A stretch of DNA of 64,000 bases from Owenia fusiformis (GCA_903813345.2 CAIIXF020000001.1:14446001-14510000); one strand, 5' to 3'. Counted from the first letter of the stretch, positions 12,409 through 25,120 are shown. Notes: generated by a model from the letters alone, not told the origin. A program made the numbers and translations.

Positions 12409-12813
12409 CACGCGGTCCTAACTTCGACCGTTAATTTTAATTTTTGACCTACAGGATGTTTGAAAATCAAGGATTGCGACTCTCACACTGCACCGTTTTT
12501 CTCCAAACTTATACCATTAAAAGCAGAACAAAATTGCCTTTCTGTCGATGCATTACTTATTGTAAAGAGTCCCTCGTTCTAGCAGCGTTTTGGTCCCCAG
12601 CTGTTAGAAGGCCTTCTTACAGCTGGGGACCAAAATGCCGCTGGAAGTAGGGACTAAAGTAGAGAATAATGTACCATCAGAAAGGGATTTTTGTTATGCT
12701 TTGAATGGAACAAGTTTGAAGAAAAACGGTGCAGTATGAGACTCGTAATCCTTGATTTCCAAACATCCGGTAGGTCAAAAATTCAAAATAACGGTCGAAG
12801 TTAGGACCGCGTG
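12409..12813. mobile_element. Foldback MITE with CAC...GTG ends and 5-bp TSD (Transib-like)
   Basis: AATAA|CACGCGGTCCTAACTTCGACCG...CGGTCGAAGTTAGGACCGCGTG|AATAA; arms of about 150 bp. Confidence 0.82.
12568..12655. mobile_element. 88-bp palindromic element nested at the centre of the 12409-12813 element
   Basis: AGTCCCT...AAGGCCTT...AGGGACT hairpin flanked by AAAG on both sides (12564-12567, 12656-12659). Confidence 0.65.
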
Positions 12814-13201
12814 AATAAGCGAGACACGAACTTATCTCTGTTTGAAAATGGTTCAGAGAAAAATCCATTTTAAAATTTGATTTCTCAAAGTACTAGTCAA
12901 ACATTCTTTGCAGCCATTCATAAGAACTAAAATTCCAGGTTCTCAGTTACTTTCAATCTACATTGATTTCAAGTGAAATTGATCGGACCTTGCGTAAAGG
13001 ATAATATATGGTATTAGGATTAAATATTTTCTTTGACAGTATTTTTCACATTGCAAATAACACATTTTACTTTCTGTACACGGGCAAGATATTTATCAAT
13101 ATACCTGTTTCTATATACTTCCATTTACAATTACTTCCTGCGAAAGCTATTTGGATTTTGATATAATAGCTTTCCCACGGAGCATTTGGACAGCTCAATG
13201 A

Positions 13202-13636
13202 TCGTGACCTTTGAAATCGAATTAAGTCGATCCGCGGCTTACTTTGGGTATCTAACTGTGTCTTACATCAGTATCATCAATCCGTGTAAGTATTGGAGCG
13301 CTGGAGTACTTCTTTTCCGATCAAGACTTCTAATTGTTAGTCGAGTGAATCGTTTTACTGCCAAATTCCAATATGGCGGTTTCTGCTCGGACATTTTCGT
13401 AAATCTCCGGAGGTCTCAAAATTCATTTCGTTCGTTGCGTATCTCGCACCTAGCAAACCGCCATATTGGAAATAGGTCTAAAAAACGTTCACTCGATGAA
13501 CAATTTACAAGTCTTGATCGAAAAAGAAGTACTCCAGCGCTCCAATACTTACACGGATTGATGATACTGATGTAAGACACAGTTAGAGACCAAAAGTAAG
13601 CCGCGGATCGACTTAATTCGATTTCAAAGGTCACTA
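13202..13636. mobile_element. Near-perfect 435-bp foldback element with T(A/C)G...CTA ends (Academ-like)
   Basis: The outer arms (about 125 bp) are nearly identical in reverse complement and pairing continues imperfectly inwards. Flanks ATGA/TTGA. Explains the mirror ORFs 13186(+) and 13416(-). Confidence 0.75.
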
Positions 13637-14576
13637 TTGATCAGCTGTTCACTTCTCCGTTTGAGAGCCATAAGTTTCAAAATCTAACATGGCTCTCGAA
13701 GTGAGTAAATTTACAACACTTTTCCCCCTTTAATATCATGCATTGACACCCGAAAAATTGGTCCCGATTTAATCCTTTTTAATTAAACGTCATAGAGCGG
13801 TGTGATAAGGAGGATATACTTTGTCAAACAAAGCTCACATTAAGACTTAACTTAGCTCCAAAGGGAGATTACGGGTGGGTGGTGAATCAGAATTATGACA
13901 CTTATCGTCTTTAGCCTCTTACAAATGAGTTGTCATGGGTCATCCAGAACCTTCTATGATCAAACTCGTTTCTTAAAATTTAAGGATTACTTAGTTTGAT
14001 TTTGCATGTCTTTTCAAAATAATGTATTTTTAGAGAAAAACCAAGAATCTCTAAAAAATCCACTACCCAGTCAACTAAGGGAACTTACACATCGTCAAAT
14101 CACTGACAAATCAAACCTTACATATTTTCACAGTGTTGGCGTATACCAGAAAAAGAAGTCTAATCGGACAAATTTCAAAGTCGATGGCCTTGTAGGTTGT
14201 GACGAAGCACTTTACGTGTCCCCTCTCTTCACCTCTGTGGGAATAAGTATAATGATTGACTTTCAAACTGCACAATTTAGATATCTCACATTGCGTTTCT
14301 ATTTCCGTTAGTTCGGTAAAACTACTACAGTAGAATATAAATGAATCTTTAATACGAAGAGGCAATTTATTGTAAGTCAGGCATTCTAAATCTCTTCTCG
14401 TTGAAAATGCGAAACTAATGCATTTTTGGATGTGTAATGTCAATAACTGCAAACAATGGACCCAATCCAATCAGTCTTAAATAAATTGTGGATTAGCAAT
14501 GTGTTCACTGGCAAGTATTTACACACATATAAGAATGCAATGATTTTTTCAAGCCAATTGGAACATGTTTTATCAG

Positions 14577-14635
14577 TACCCTTTGCATTCGCTTGACTTC
14601 GCTTCTCAAAAGAGAGCTTCGCCTTCAACCCTTAC
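14577..14635. mobile_element. Left-end fragment of the TACCCT (9-bp TSD) family
   Basis: TACCCTTTGCATTCGCTTGACTTCGCTTCTCAAAAGAGAGCTTCG matches 29824 onward; no right end found. Confidence 0.7.
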
Positions 14636-14818
14636 AATAAGGTTTTTGAGTCGATTTTCAAATATTTTACATATTTTTTTTCAATGTTTTTAATGAGTGT
14701 CAGGGTTTTAACTGAGTGAATACACCGACTCTAGTGTCAAACTTGGACTTCCACCCTCGTTTAGATTCAAACAACGGCGAATAATTCTGGGTTGACCTTT
14801 AACTGCTATTGGCAATAT

Positions 14819-15302
14819 TTTTTTATTTATTTTTTTTATTTTATTTATTTTTTATTCAAGTACTCATTTAATACATTTCAAGTACAATATATAAAAGAAT
14901 ACAAATGTAATTTCACAAAAGTTTTATACGTAGAAATATGTACTATAAGTTTAAATAGATAATTATAATTTTACATGATCTTACAACTTGAACTTCATTC
15001 ATACCCATTCAAATTCATTCATTCATGCATTCTCCCACTCACACGTTGACTTTTACATTGGTATATCTCTTCAATTAGAGTCCTAATCATTTATTTTTAT
15101 CAAACGAAACAGAAAATGTGGTGTTTTATTTATTTTTATTTATAAAAGTCTATATAGTGCATTTACATCGATACCCCTTGATCTAGGTGCTTAATGCTGT
15201 CTAGATACACTCTTAGATAATTGATACATTTGAAAAAGTAAGGTATTTCACTTTCTAAAAATGATTTGTATAAAATATATTTCACAATCAGTATACATAA
15301 GT
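14819..15302 (-). mobile_element. Heavily 5'-truncated L1/Tx1 LINE 3' end
   Basis: T-rich tail at about 14819-14855; 12-bp TSD TATTGGCAATAT (14807-14818, 15303-15314). Minus strand reads NNLCILIVKYILYK, resembling the ORF2 C-terminus ENMIIIIAKYFLYN of the first LINE. Confidence 0.75.
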
Positions 15303-15948
15303 TATTGGCAATATGCTAGCCTATTAAATTTCAGATATAACACCAAGAATTATAATCTTTGTTATCTATACATGTTTATGATCGTTTTATTTAACCAATA
15401 ACATGCTTCCATTCTAATCATGTTCCATTAAACGCTTGAATGAAGGTCTGACAAATGATCATTGCAATCAAGGAACTATATTAATATTATTTCATAAGTT
15501 AATCAACTTTTCAACTTTCAGACGAGAATAATGTTATCAGAGAATGTTACAATAGCCTTATCGGGCATGGGAATTACAAATTGTCTTTGGCAAGACCAAT
15601 GGTTAAGTAACTGACATATTCATATTTAATCGTATTATACCAACATTGCATTGCTTTCGTAATTCCCTCCAGGATTTCGCATTAGAACTGAGCATTAGCC
15701 GAGCTCGTTTTTCTTGCACTGTTTTCACCTAGGCAAAGGCTTAAATCGTGATGTTCTTTACTTTTACTTTGATACCTGCTTGATCAGGGGGGGGGGGGGG
15801 ATTTCTCAAAGATGACCTTTCGTATCAGCACGTTCGAAAACAAATTCTATAAACAGGCCTCATTTGCCATTGAAATGACTCTCAATGTTCGCTATTAATT
15901 TATGAGTATTCTCTACAGGTTTGGATCGAGTAACTTCAATAGCATTAC

Positions 15949-16736
15949 CAGCCTTGGTATACGCAGCTAACGAAAATTGACCGGTACGGGTCAAAAGCTG
16001 GACCGGTACGGGTTAACGGTTTTATTTGAATTTAAAATAGCCATAACTTGCTCAATATTGACTTCCTCGTGTCTATAATTTGAAATATATGATGCCTCCC
16101 GATGCTTTTAAGTACCCCAATTTTTTACAGATTTTTAAACGGACCAAAACTCTCTAAATGTGCATTTATGCTCTTTTCTCTCGAGAACGACTGTCTCATT
16201 TTCACGATAACTTTTATTTAGTACTTCTAACATATAAGATCTATTTTTCCCCATCAAGGTATGATGCAAATGACATGCTATTTACATCTTGTGAGTTTCA
16301 ATGACGCGCGTTTGATTTTATAAAAAATGCCAAACTTTGTGACAAAGAATTTCATCCTGCTTGCAGCGAGAAGACGGACCGGTTCGGGGCAATCTGCTTG
16401 CAGCGAGAAGACGGACCGGTTCGGGGCAATAGCTGATGAAATGCTTTGTCACAAAGTTTGGCATTTTTTATAAAATCAAACGCGAGAATGAGACAGTCGT
16501 TCTCGAGAGAAAAGAGCATAAATGCGCATTTAGAAAGTTTTGGTCCGTTTAAAAATCTGTAAAAAATTGGGGTACTTAAAAACATCGGGAGGCATCATAT
16601 ATTTCAAATTAGACACGAGGAAGTCAATATTGAGCAAGTTATGGCTGTTTTAAATTCAAATAAAACCGTTAACCCGTACCGGTCCAGCTTTTGACCCATA
16701 CCGGTCAATTTTCGTTAGCTGCGTATACCAAGGGTG
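15949..16736. mobile_element. Long foldback element with CA(G/C)CCTTGG...CCAAGGGTG ends and 5-bp TSD (Transib-like)
   Basis: TSD ATTAC (15944-15948, 16737-16741). Near-identical arms of about 300 bp, the right arm lacking about 105 bp. Empty site visible in the paralogous repeat at about 17141. Confidence 0.88.
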
Positions 16737-16985
16737 ATTACCGTAGTTTTGAAATAATGTGATGTTAACGCCATTTCCACGATTTCAAATTTTACTTTGT
16801 GCATGCACGGCACTGAGAGACCACGTGGTCATGATTGTTCTGAAAGATCAACAAACCCCAGACTGAGAATGAATCCCACTCTCAGAATGATGACTATTTT
16901 TTGCGCGAACAATGTTTATACTAGCTATTTGATGACGCATGTACTATATTCTGCAACCCCTCACACCCACCGTTATAGAACACAC

Positions 16986-17250
16986 GGGGGGGGGATTTCC
17001 CAAAGATGACCTTTCGTATCAGCACGTTCGAAAACAAATTTTTATTAACAGGCCTCATTTGCCATTGAAATGGATCTCCAAACGTTCGCTGTAGTTTTAT
17101 GAGTATTCTCTACAAGTATGGATCGAGTAACTTCAATAGTATTACCGTAGGTTTGAAATGATGATGTTGAACTGATGTTAACGCCATTCCCACGATTTCA
17201 AATTTAACTTTGTGCATGTGCAGCACTGAGAGCACGTGCTCATGATCCTG
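16986..17250. repeat. Uninterrupted copy of the ~260-bp repeat that hosts the 15949-16736 element
   Basis: Poly-G then ATTTC(T/C)CAAAGATGACCTTTCGTATCAGCACG...; matches 15787-15948 joined to 16742-16835. Confidence 0.85.
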
Positions 17251-19749
17251 CAATTTGATTGGAGATGATGCGGGAGATGACGTAATGGGGAATCCCAGAA
17301 TACGATAGAATATGAAAGAATTGTGGGAGCTACTCACAGTCTTCTTCTGAGAACACACCTTCAGTTGAAACAAGAGATAAGAAGGATGACCAATGGCTTA
17401 TTTAATACCCGGGCCTTAGTATGTGTACCAAACGAAATGAAACGACTAGACACATTACACAAGATATCTATCAGAACAACTTTACCAGATGCGTTCAAAT
17501 TAGCCTCCAGAGACGAGACAGGCATTTTGAGGATGTTTTGTAAAATAGCTATAGAATCTTGGTCATTTGGAATAGATCGATGAAATTTGGATGAAAGAAC
17601 ATTGAAGAAGGTTCAATTATGCCTAATATGATTTTAAACCAATGCTGGATGATCAAGTTATTAAAATTTGTTTGGGTTAGCTTTTTTGGCTCACCCTGTA
17701 CCTTTCCCCATTTGCTGTGATCCATTTCAATGCAATATGTTTATGTTTCAAGCCGCTCACGTTTGCATAATGAGTTATTGGTCTGACATGATAGCTATCT
17801 TAGAAACTTAATTTAAAAAGGCACCCCCATAAAATTTCTTTATATATTCATTAAAACTAGAAATATGGTACAATAAATGAAATCAGTTTGTGTTTACAAC
17901 TCTTCTATAGCTCAGTCACTATCATTTTTATGATTAATAGTTTATGGGGCAATAAAGATACCAATTTTGAATAACTTATAAGATTTAAATCTCATATCAC
18001 AAATAAGTTGATGTAAAATTGATCCACTCAATATTATAGTTTTTATTTATTAACTCAATGGCAAAGACCGCGTTTGGAATAGTTCCTGATGTGTGACGTC
18101 ATTTCTATGTTCAAGTGGTAAAAATCTCATCATTAGCTGATGTAATGTCAAGATTGCCATGAAAACTTCATTAAAGATATGGTTATAAAGGAATGGGAAA
18201 CGAAAAGGGGCAAAAATAGCTTCTCATTTTTGGCTATATAACTTTGCTTTTATTTCCCGTAGCGGAAATTGAGATTGAGATAGATACTGCTGAATTTACG
18301 GGTCTGGTAACAACCTGCCGAAGTCTCGGAAACAACTTCAGACTCTTGTGCCTTCGTAACAACTAGCACTTAAATATATTACTTTGACAGCTATGTACTG
18401 AATTATGTAACTGATGACTTTTCATCAATTCTTGTTATGAATAATAAAACATGCGACTGTATTAATGAAATCGCCCTCACTTAGAACTCTATAAACAACT
18501 TATGAAGGCATTTTTAAATTTTTTGAAATTCAATTTTGATTCTTAAATTTAAATTATAATTACAACTTAAGTAAAACCAATTTGGCATTAAATGACAGAA
18601 GATCATATTTTAGTTTATTTATTCTTGTGTAGCATTGCCATGGCGGTCCTTATTTTCATGTGTCATTTGGGTACGTCTTGAACTACAGAACGAAACTTAC
18701 TTTTCATCGCCGTGCATGTATCAGTGTATTCATATATCATACTCCGACTGAAAATTTATCATTTGACCACCATAGAAAACAGACTCGTCGCTATGGCATC
18801 ATAAATTCGTTATATTTTTAAATACCAGAACAACCGTTACTATTTATAGTTTTTCGAACACCGATATCATCACGCCTTTTGATGATTCTCGATCGTGAAA
18901 TACAATTAAGGATTGTTTGTTAAGCAATTGATTTTTTCTAGTCTTACTTCGTTGAAACTTTATAAAAGCAACGTCTTTATATAGAGTAGAGTAGATAGTA
19001 TTTCGAAAAACAGTCAAGATCTGCACTTTTAACCCAAACCGTTTCTGTAACTTAAGTGAGGAATTAAATCGACGATTCTGTTGTCTTCTGAGCTATTTTT
19101 CGCAAACATATACATTTTCTAAAACATATGATACCGATATACGTTTGTGAGAAAAAACGTAGTGGGGATTCTGCCTACAACGCGTGAGATAGGGAAAAAG
19201 AAAAATCATACCTTCGACGTTCCGACATTTTGTTACGAAACGAACCGTTTCGGTAACCAACGTAATCGAGCGGATCACCAGTGCAGAAATCGAAGAAACT
19301 TTAATATTGTCATATACGGTGACATATCTATCATATCTTAATTAATATTTTCAGGCATACAATATGTAATATATCTGGTTCTGTTACATCTAAGTGTAAA
19401 TGTCACATCCGATTAAAAGGTACATCTGGTATAACTACCTTGATTCAGATGTCCATTTATCGAAATGACAAATGTTCCAATTAACCTTCTAAGAGTCATT
19501 TCTACACTATTCATCAGAGAAACGAATCTGTTATCCTCCTTTGTATACACGATATGCTCTTTAATTAAAAACCAATAACTAAAAGGTAGCTAATTAGTAC
19601 CCTATACCTTTGCCGTGATTACCCATTTTCTCTTTGAATGGAGGAAAGCAGATTTGTAACGATGATGATTTCATAACCATTTCATGATTTGATGACATCA
19701 TGCATTATTCCCGTTAAAAGCACGTGGTTACACAGAAGCATTATGTTAT

Positions 19750-19850
19750 AGATAAACGACGAGTCTTGGGTGAGAGGAAAAATAATGGCCAAGGTACGAT
19801 AGCCACGAGGGCATTATTTTCTCCTAAGACCCAAGACGAATGGTTTATCT
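19750..19850. repeat. Degenerate hairpin of the same style as 10188-10326
   Basis: AGATAAAC..GTCTTGGG..AAAATAATG pairs with CATTATTTT..CCCAAGAC..GTTTATCT. Confidence 0.55.
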
Positions 19851-20730
19851 AACTTAAACCACACACTGTGCTCTGAGTCTAATTAAAGGTAAATGGCCCA
19901 TGACCCAATGTTAGGAAAGACATACACGATAACTATATTACATTTTCCATAACTTGAAGTCGGCAAAGTAAGAAGATGTGCATGATTGTGTAACATCAGA
20001 TCATGTTGCTATCGAAGGAAATAGAAGAGATGAGTATTAGATTGAATAATATAATGGATCCTTATTATAACAGGTAAAGTTAGACGAGGTTTAATTGGGA
20101 TCATGTACATGTATGTGTATGCCCCAACTATTTTAAGTAACCCAATTATTCGGATTCTTGAATTCTTCTGACTTGACCCAAATATTCCTTTTTACACAAG
20201 GAACAAAACAATACAGGAGTAAGGGGTTTTGATGCAAGTCTAGGCTTCAGTACATTGCATGTGCGTACAGTACGTGAAACATTGTGCGATATACTTGATG
20301 ATTTGCAGATAAGGTGCAGAGTACATGCTGTGGAACAAATTATACAATATGAAAACACAATGAAGCCCAAAAGCAAGTTAGTGATTACTAATTTAGAAAG
20401 CTTCGTAATCAAAGAAGCAATACCCAGACTACTGAAATAAATCTCAAGACAAAATTCTTCACTTTCGACGATTGAATATCTCAGGACCAATTCAATGATT
20501 TTGTATTCAAATTTATAGTAATCGAAAACATTGATATGGATCCAATTATCTAGTTAACACATTAATAATGGTGCAGTATTAACATATTTTACAAATCGCC
20601 TCGAATGAGATTCTCGATCTAGGTAGTTTCAAGGTAAATAAAGCAAGTTACCAAAACATTGATGAATGAGGTTTAGAACATGTTATGAATCTATACTTTT
20701 GTTTAAAAGTATTATGAAGTAGCATATTAC

Positions 20731-21646
20731 CTAACATCTTGAGAACAGATCGTCTCGCTCTAGACTGGTGCACCGCACGTAACTCCGTACCATTCGGCCC
20801 ACTTCCGGTTGACGAGTCAGACCCCGCTCGGGACAAACTGGACCGTCTTATAGCAAGCCCTATTAACACGTACAACACAGTGATAACGGTCATGGGTGCC
20901 AAAAAGAACAAAAATGTGGCCACTTCAAATGCATGTTTATAGACATGATCGTACTCCTCTTTAATGTTACAGGTGGCAGAGTCTAGAATGATTTGATCAT
21001 TTCTATCGTGTTTGTAAACGATCCCAAACAAGATGACAATAGGAATGGAGAGGATGGCACTGACGATCCAAAGAAGTACGATGACTTTGACTGCGCGGGA
21101 AAGACTTGACAACGTCTGACATTTAAGAGGATGACAGATAGCGACATATCTTTCAATCGTGAAAGCAGTGATCGTCAGGATAGACGCATATGTTGACGTC
21201 TCCGCTGCCATTGTGCGGATAACACAAAAGCTTTCACCGAAAATCCATGGGTAGCTGCTCCAGAAGGAATATACTTCCTGTGGAAGGCCTAGAACTAGCA
21301 TCAATAAATCAGCTATGGCAAGGTTGAATAAGTAATAGTTAGTGGCTGTCTGCATGTACTTGTTTCTTGCTACTACCAAACAAGTACATATGTTACCAAC
21401 TATTCCGGTAATGAATATTATACAGTACACAACGGTAATTGGTATCACCTTTAGTAAAGATTGCCTCCTCGGTCCAAGTGCGATAAATAAAGATTCTTCG
21501 ATGGAGATATTTGATAAAGAATCGTTAATAACATTATCAAAGTCAGAATTTGAATCATACCTCATATTAACTGTTGCTATGTTTTTATTGTACGTTTCAG
21601 ATATAATACTTTTAGTATCCAACAGATAGGTCGAAGTTTCCACCAT
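20731..21646 (-). CDS. Class A neuropeptide GPCR, neuromedin U / pyrokinin (PRXamide) receptor-like; coding exon covering N-terminus, TM1-TM5, ICL3 and start of TM6
   Basis: LGPRR before TM1; GN in TM1; TATNYYLFNLAIADLL; YPWIFGESFC; ETSTYASILTITAFTIERYVAICHP; TM5 FFLAPMTVITVLY; RRSVLKML followed by the donor G|GTAAT at 20730. Confidence 0.92.
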
Positions 21647-23059
21647 CGTAAAAACAAGGCTTTTTCAATTTACTATTTAAAGTAGACAAACACAATGTCC
21701 ATTCCTTTTAATTTAGACGGTCCTATTTTTCCATTCCTTTTAGGCAAGTCTATTTGTCCATTCCTTTTAGACTATTTCAGTGGAATGTAAAGGCATTTTA
21801 CAAACTCGAAAAACATACGGCGAATCCATGCATTGAGGTATCGGCCAATCAATTTTGGCGATCGTCGACTTCTTGATTTGTTTTTAAGTTATTATGAAAA
21901 GGGTCGCTGAACTTATTATATCGTTTGACCGCCATATAATTCAATAAATAACAGTGTACATGGTAAAAGTCGTTCAATCACTATAACGTATTATTCCATT
22001 AAAACATCAATCAGTGTTCTTAGTTCTTTCCTGATGTAAAGCCACCGACCTGTGCCGGGTTTATATTTCTATCTGGTTAATACGATTTCCCAGTTTTCTT
22101 ATTTACCTGTGAAAGGTTACTTATACACTGATTAAGTGCATATCATCTGCGAATCATCTGTCTTCACGGCAACTGAAGCAAGGTAATGTAAGCTTACGTG
22201 TTTGGCTCGCCTGTTTATGATATTCACAAAATGTTAACTCCAATTAGCGGTTTTGGTATATATTCTAATATCTTCCCTGCACGGCTTCAGGTTGTGAGAT
22301 GTTTAATCCTAGAAGTGCTAGTTAGCGTCCAATCTAAACTTATTGAATATTCAACTTTCGAGTAGTTATTTTGCGTCTCTTATTCCGCTATCTGTTTCTT
22401 ATTAAAACAAGTCTGCGATTGTGCTCGTTAGTCATAAATATAAAGATGCACAATTTGTTTGCCCATAAATGAGAAGTTATTGTTCATAAAAGTAATCTCA
22501 TATCGTCATTAATAAATACCTAACTAGATGATACTATACCTCATAATAAGCTATTGATTATCCAATCTCAAGTCATAACAATGGTGATTTGTAGGAGAAT
22601 GCGTTTTAATAACAGAAGTTTGTTGTAAAACTCAGAGGCAACGTCAGAATCCTAAATAAGACGAGTTTTGCATCTTAAATATGAATGTATTTCCATATTG
22701 TAGTATTGAACTTTGCTCCTTTGATAGCTTATTTATTAGGTTTGATTGGTATTAGATTTTTATTGCCTTGTACTGTATGGTTCAACTCGTTTCATTTGTA
22801 TCTTCAATTGTTTTTAAAATGTTACGTTTATGGATATCGATCTTACTGTCAGGGCTGCCAGTTTCTCTACGATGATGACCATTCTTTAGCGTGCAAATTG
22901 CAATGGCGTTTAGTGAGGTTTCAAACAATACAGAGTCATGACTAGTATCCAAGAGATTACACGATCGAGCCACTTGCTATAAGTCATGGTATCGTGTATC
23001 CCGCCCCGATGATACAAATACTAGGAGAAGAAGTGAAGCACATGATATCATGGAGACAT

Positions 23060-23192
23060 TCGAGATTTGGTGGACATGCAGGTGCCCAACTGAGGTAAGG
23101 AACGTAATATCAAATTATTAATCATAACAATTTTTTATGTCACCACCTGACCAAGGCGACATATTGTTTTGGTCTCCCAACCTTTTTGTGGA
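23060..23192. repeat. Dispersed repeat head shared with 24704-24832
   Basis: TTGGTGGACAT(G/T)CAG(G/T)TGCCCAACTGAGGTAAGGAACGT...TGTCACCA at both sites. Confidence 0.75.
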
Positions 23193-24429
23193 CAAAGGGC
23201 AGGTGGCGGTATGGCGCCCTTTTATCCCCCCCCCCCAAGAAAACAAGCATCATTGGCCATGAAATTGTAAAGGAATGATAAATAACTTAAATAATTGCTT
23301 CAGTAGTTTTTGACATTCAACCTTTCCACTTAGGTCATGTCAAGGTCGACATTGAAATATGATGATAAGCTTTAGTAAATCAATTTATAGTACTGGAAAT
23401 GAGTACACTTCGCTTAATTGATTATGACTAATAATAAAACATGTAAATAGAAGTAAAACAGCATGCATTTAATATATTTTTATGGGCATTAAATTGAATA
23501 TGTTTGAAATTCAATGTCCATATAGGATTTCTATAGCTAATGATATTTTTCATTTAAAGTTTTCTCTCTTTATGCCCTTCCCATGTTCAATGCATACATA
23601 AAGAATTAGATGATCTTTCCATATTTTTCTCGATTCAAACTAGCGAATGCCCATTGGCATTTAAATGATCGCTATATTAAGTGGATATATGCATAACTTA
23701 ATGCAAATGGATGTTAGGCTTACTTTTCATAAATGCCCTTGGACATTTACTGATCGGTTTTAATCAAATTAATTTTTTTCTTTTTGGCTCTTCTGGTCTG
23801 CTGTTTTCAAAATTACGTATGTTTTTAAGAGCTTTAGACTTGCTTTCAATTAATGCCCATGGGCATTTGGATGAAAATGATTTGAACCAATAATTTTTCG
23901 GCCCTACAAGTGTTTTCAACATCTCTACCTTACTGTACAATACAGGCTTTTTAGAGCGTGTGGTCATCAAGAATGGTGTACATATTATCGTATTCTCAGA
24001 ATTTCCAGAGCGGCTGATAATGCATTGCATACAATCCATACAAACGTGAGCCCACACTCCCACAGCAATGATATTTGCAGAGAAGCTATACTTTACAGTC
24101 TCTGCATTTAACAGTTTTCAGTCTTTGTGGGAGTGTGGACTAACAGTTAACTTTTCAATGAAAGGAAATGAGCACGATGCTAAAACTTGATAATAAAGTG
24201 AACAAAAATGACAATGTGATCCAGATTTACATAGATAAATTGCACACATAGCTACATTTTGTCAATTGCCTTGCTCAATTTTTCTAAGAAACTGAAAATC
24301 TATGCCACTTTTTGAAATTGCACAAATCAAGGGTAAAGATTCATCTTCAACATGCAATTGGTTTAAAAGTAAATAGAAGAATGTTTTTATTGGAAAAATC
24401 ATAAGTTGACCAATATCCTGTAATATGGA

Positions 24430-25120
24430 CCAGTCCTTTCTTGTAACAATTCTTGTAACAAAGGCTTACAACATCCAATAACTTAACAAGTATTGTTTAG
24501 GACAGGCTTCATTTTTTCAAAATCAACTATAAATTCTCAGAAGTTCGAATCTGACTTAAGAGTTACATGAGATTTGACCTTCGATGACATTTTCAATGTC
24601 AGAAAAGGAAAGGTCTTATTCGACTTTGGTTTAAGTGACCATTTTTTCAAAATCATGTCTAAGTTCTAAGAACTCCAAATTTGACTTTACATGAGAGATT
24701 ACTTCGAGTCTTGGTGGACATTCAGTTGCCCAACTGAGGTAAGGAACGTTAAATCAAATTATTAATTATTACAATTTTTTTGTCACCATCAAATTATATA
24801 TTGTCTTGGTCTCACAACTTTTTTGTGGACGACGTCTGTAACAAACCTATTGTAACAAATTCTTGAAACAAAACCTTACAACATCCAATAACTTAACAAT
24901 TACTGTTTAGATCAGACTTCTGTTTTTCAAAATCACCTTCAAATTCTCAGAAGTTAAATCTGAATTTAGATTTGACCTTCCCAAGGTAAACAAGTCAATT
25001 TTTCGAAACTTGTTTAAAATTGACCATTTTTGCAAAATCATCTACAAATTCTCAGAAGTCCAAATCTGAATTTAGTTCTGAGCTTTGACCTTTGGTCGAC
25101 CCTCAATGACCTTTGGAAGT
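24430..25120. repeat. Element with internal degenerate ~80-bp tandem units (TGACCTT / AAAATCA..AAATTCTCAGAAGT); inverted relative at 51270-51540
   Basis: TTTTCAAAATCAnnTnnAAATTCTCAGAAGTnnAAATCTGA recurs four times; reverse-complement units occur at 51280-51540. Confidence 0.65.

Noticed and set aside
13186-13634. Pairs of near-identical ORFs on opposite strands (also 502/1216 and 12444/12677)
   Set aside because: By-products of palindromic MITE arms; no protein-family motifs.
14122-14324. Possible minus-strand exon within ORF 14111..14470
   Set aside because: Weak acceptor, length not divisible by 3, and the open frame is phase 2, incompatible with the GPCR phase-1 donor.
15949-15985. RSS nonamer-like ACGAAAATT in the TIR
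   Set aside because: Only 6/9 match, at a 14-bp spacing, and not shared by the other CAC-ended families.
16357-16430. 37-bp direct repeats as a CRISPR array
   Set aside because: Two abutting copies, no spacer, no cas genes, eukaryotic context.
20648-20730. C-terminal tail of the 332-aa ORF (GNMLLHNTF...)
   Set aside because: Read-through into the intron past the GT donor at 20730; no TM6/TM7 character.
22075-22100. Possible splice site in the GPCR 5' region (minus strand TTTCACAG|GTAAAT)
   Set aside because: Reads equally well as acceptor or donor; cannot be resolved without transcripts.
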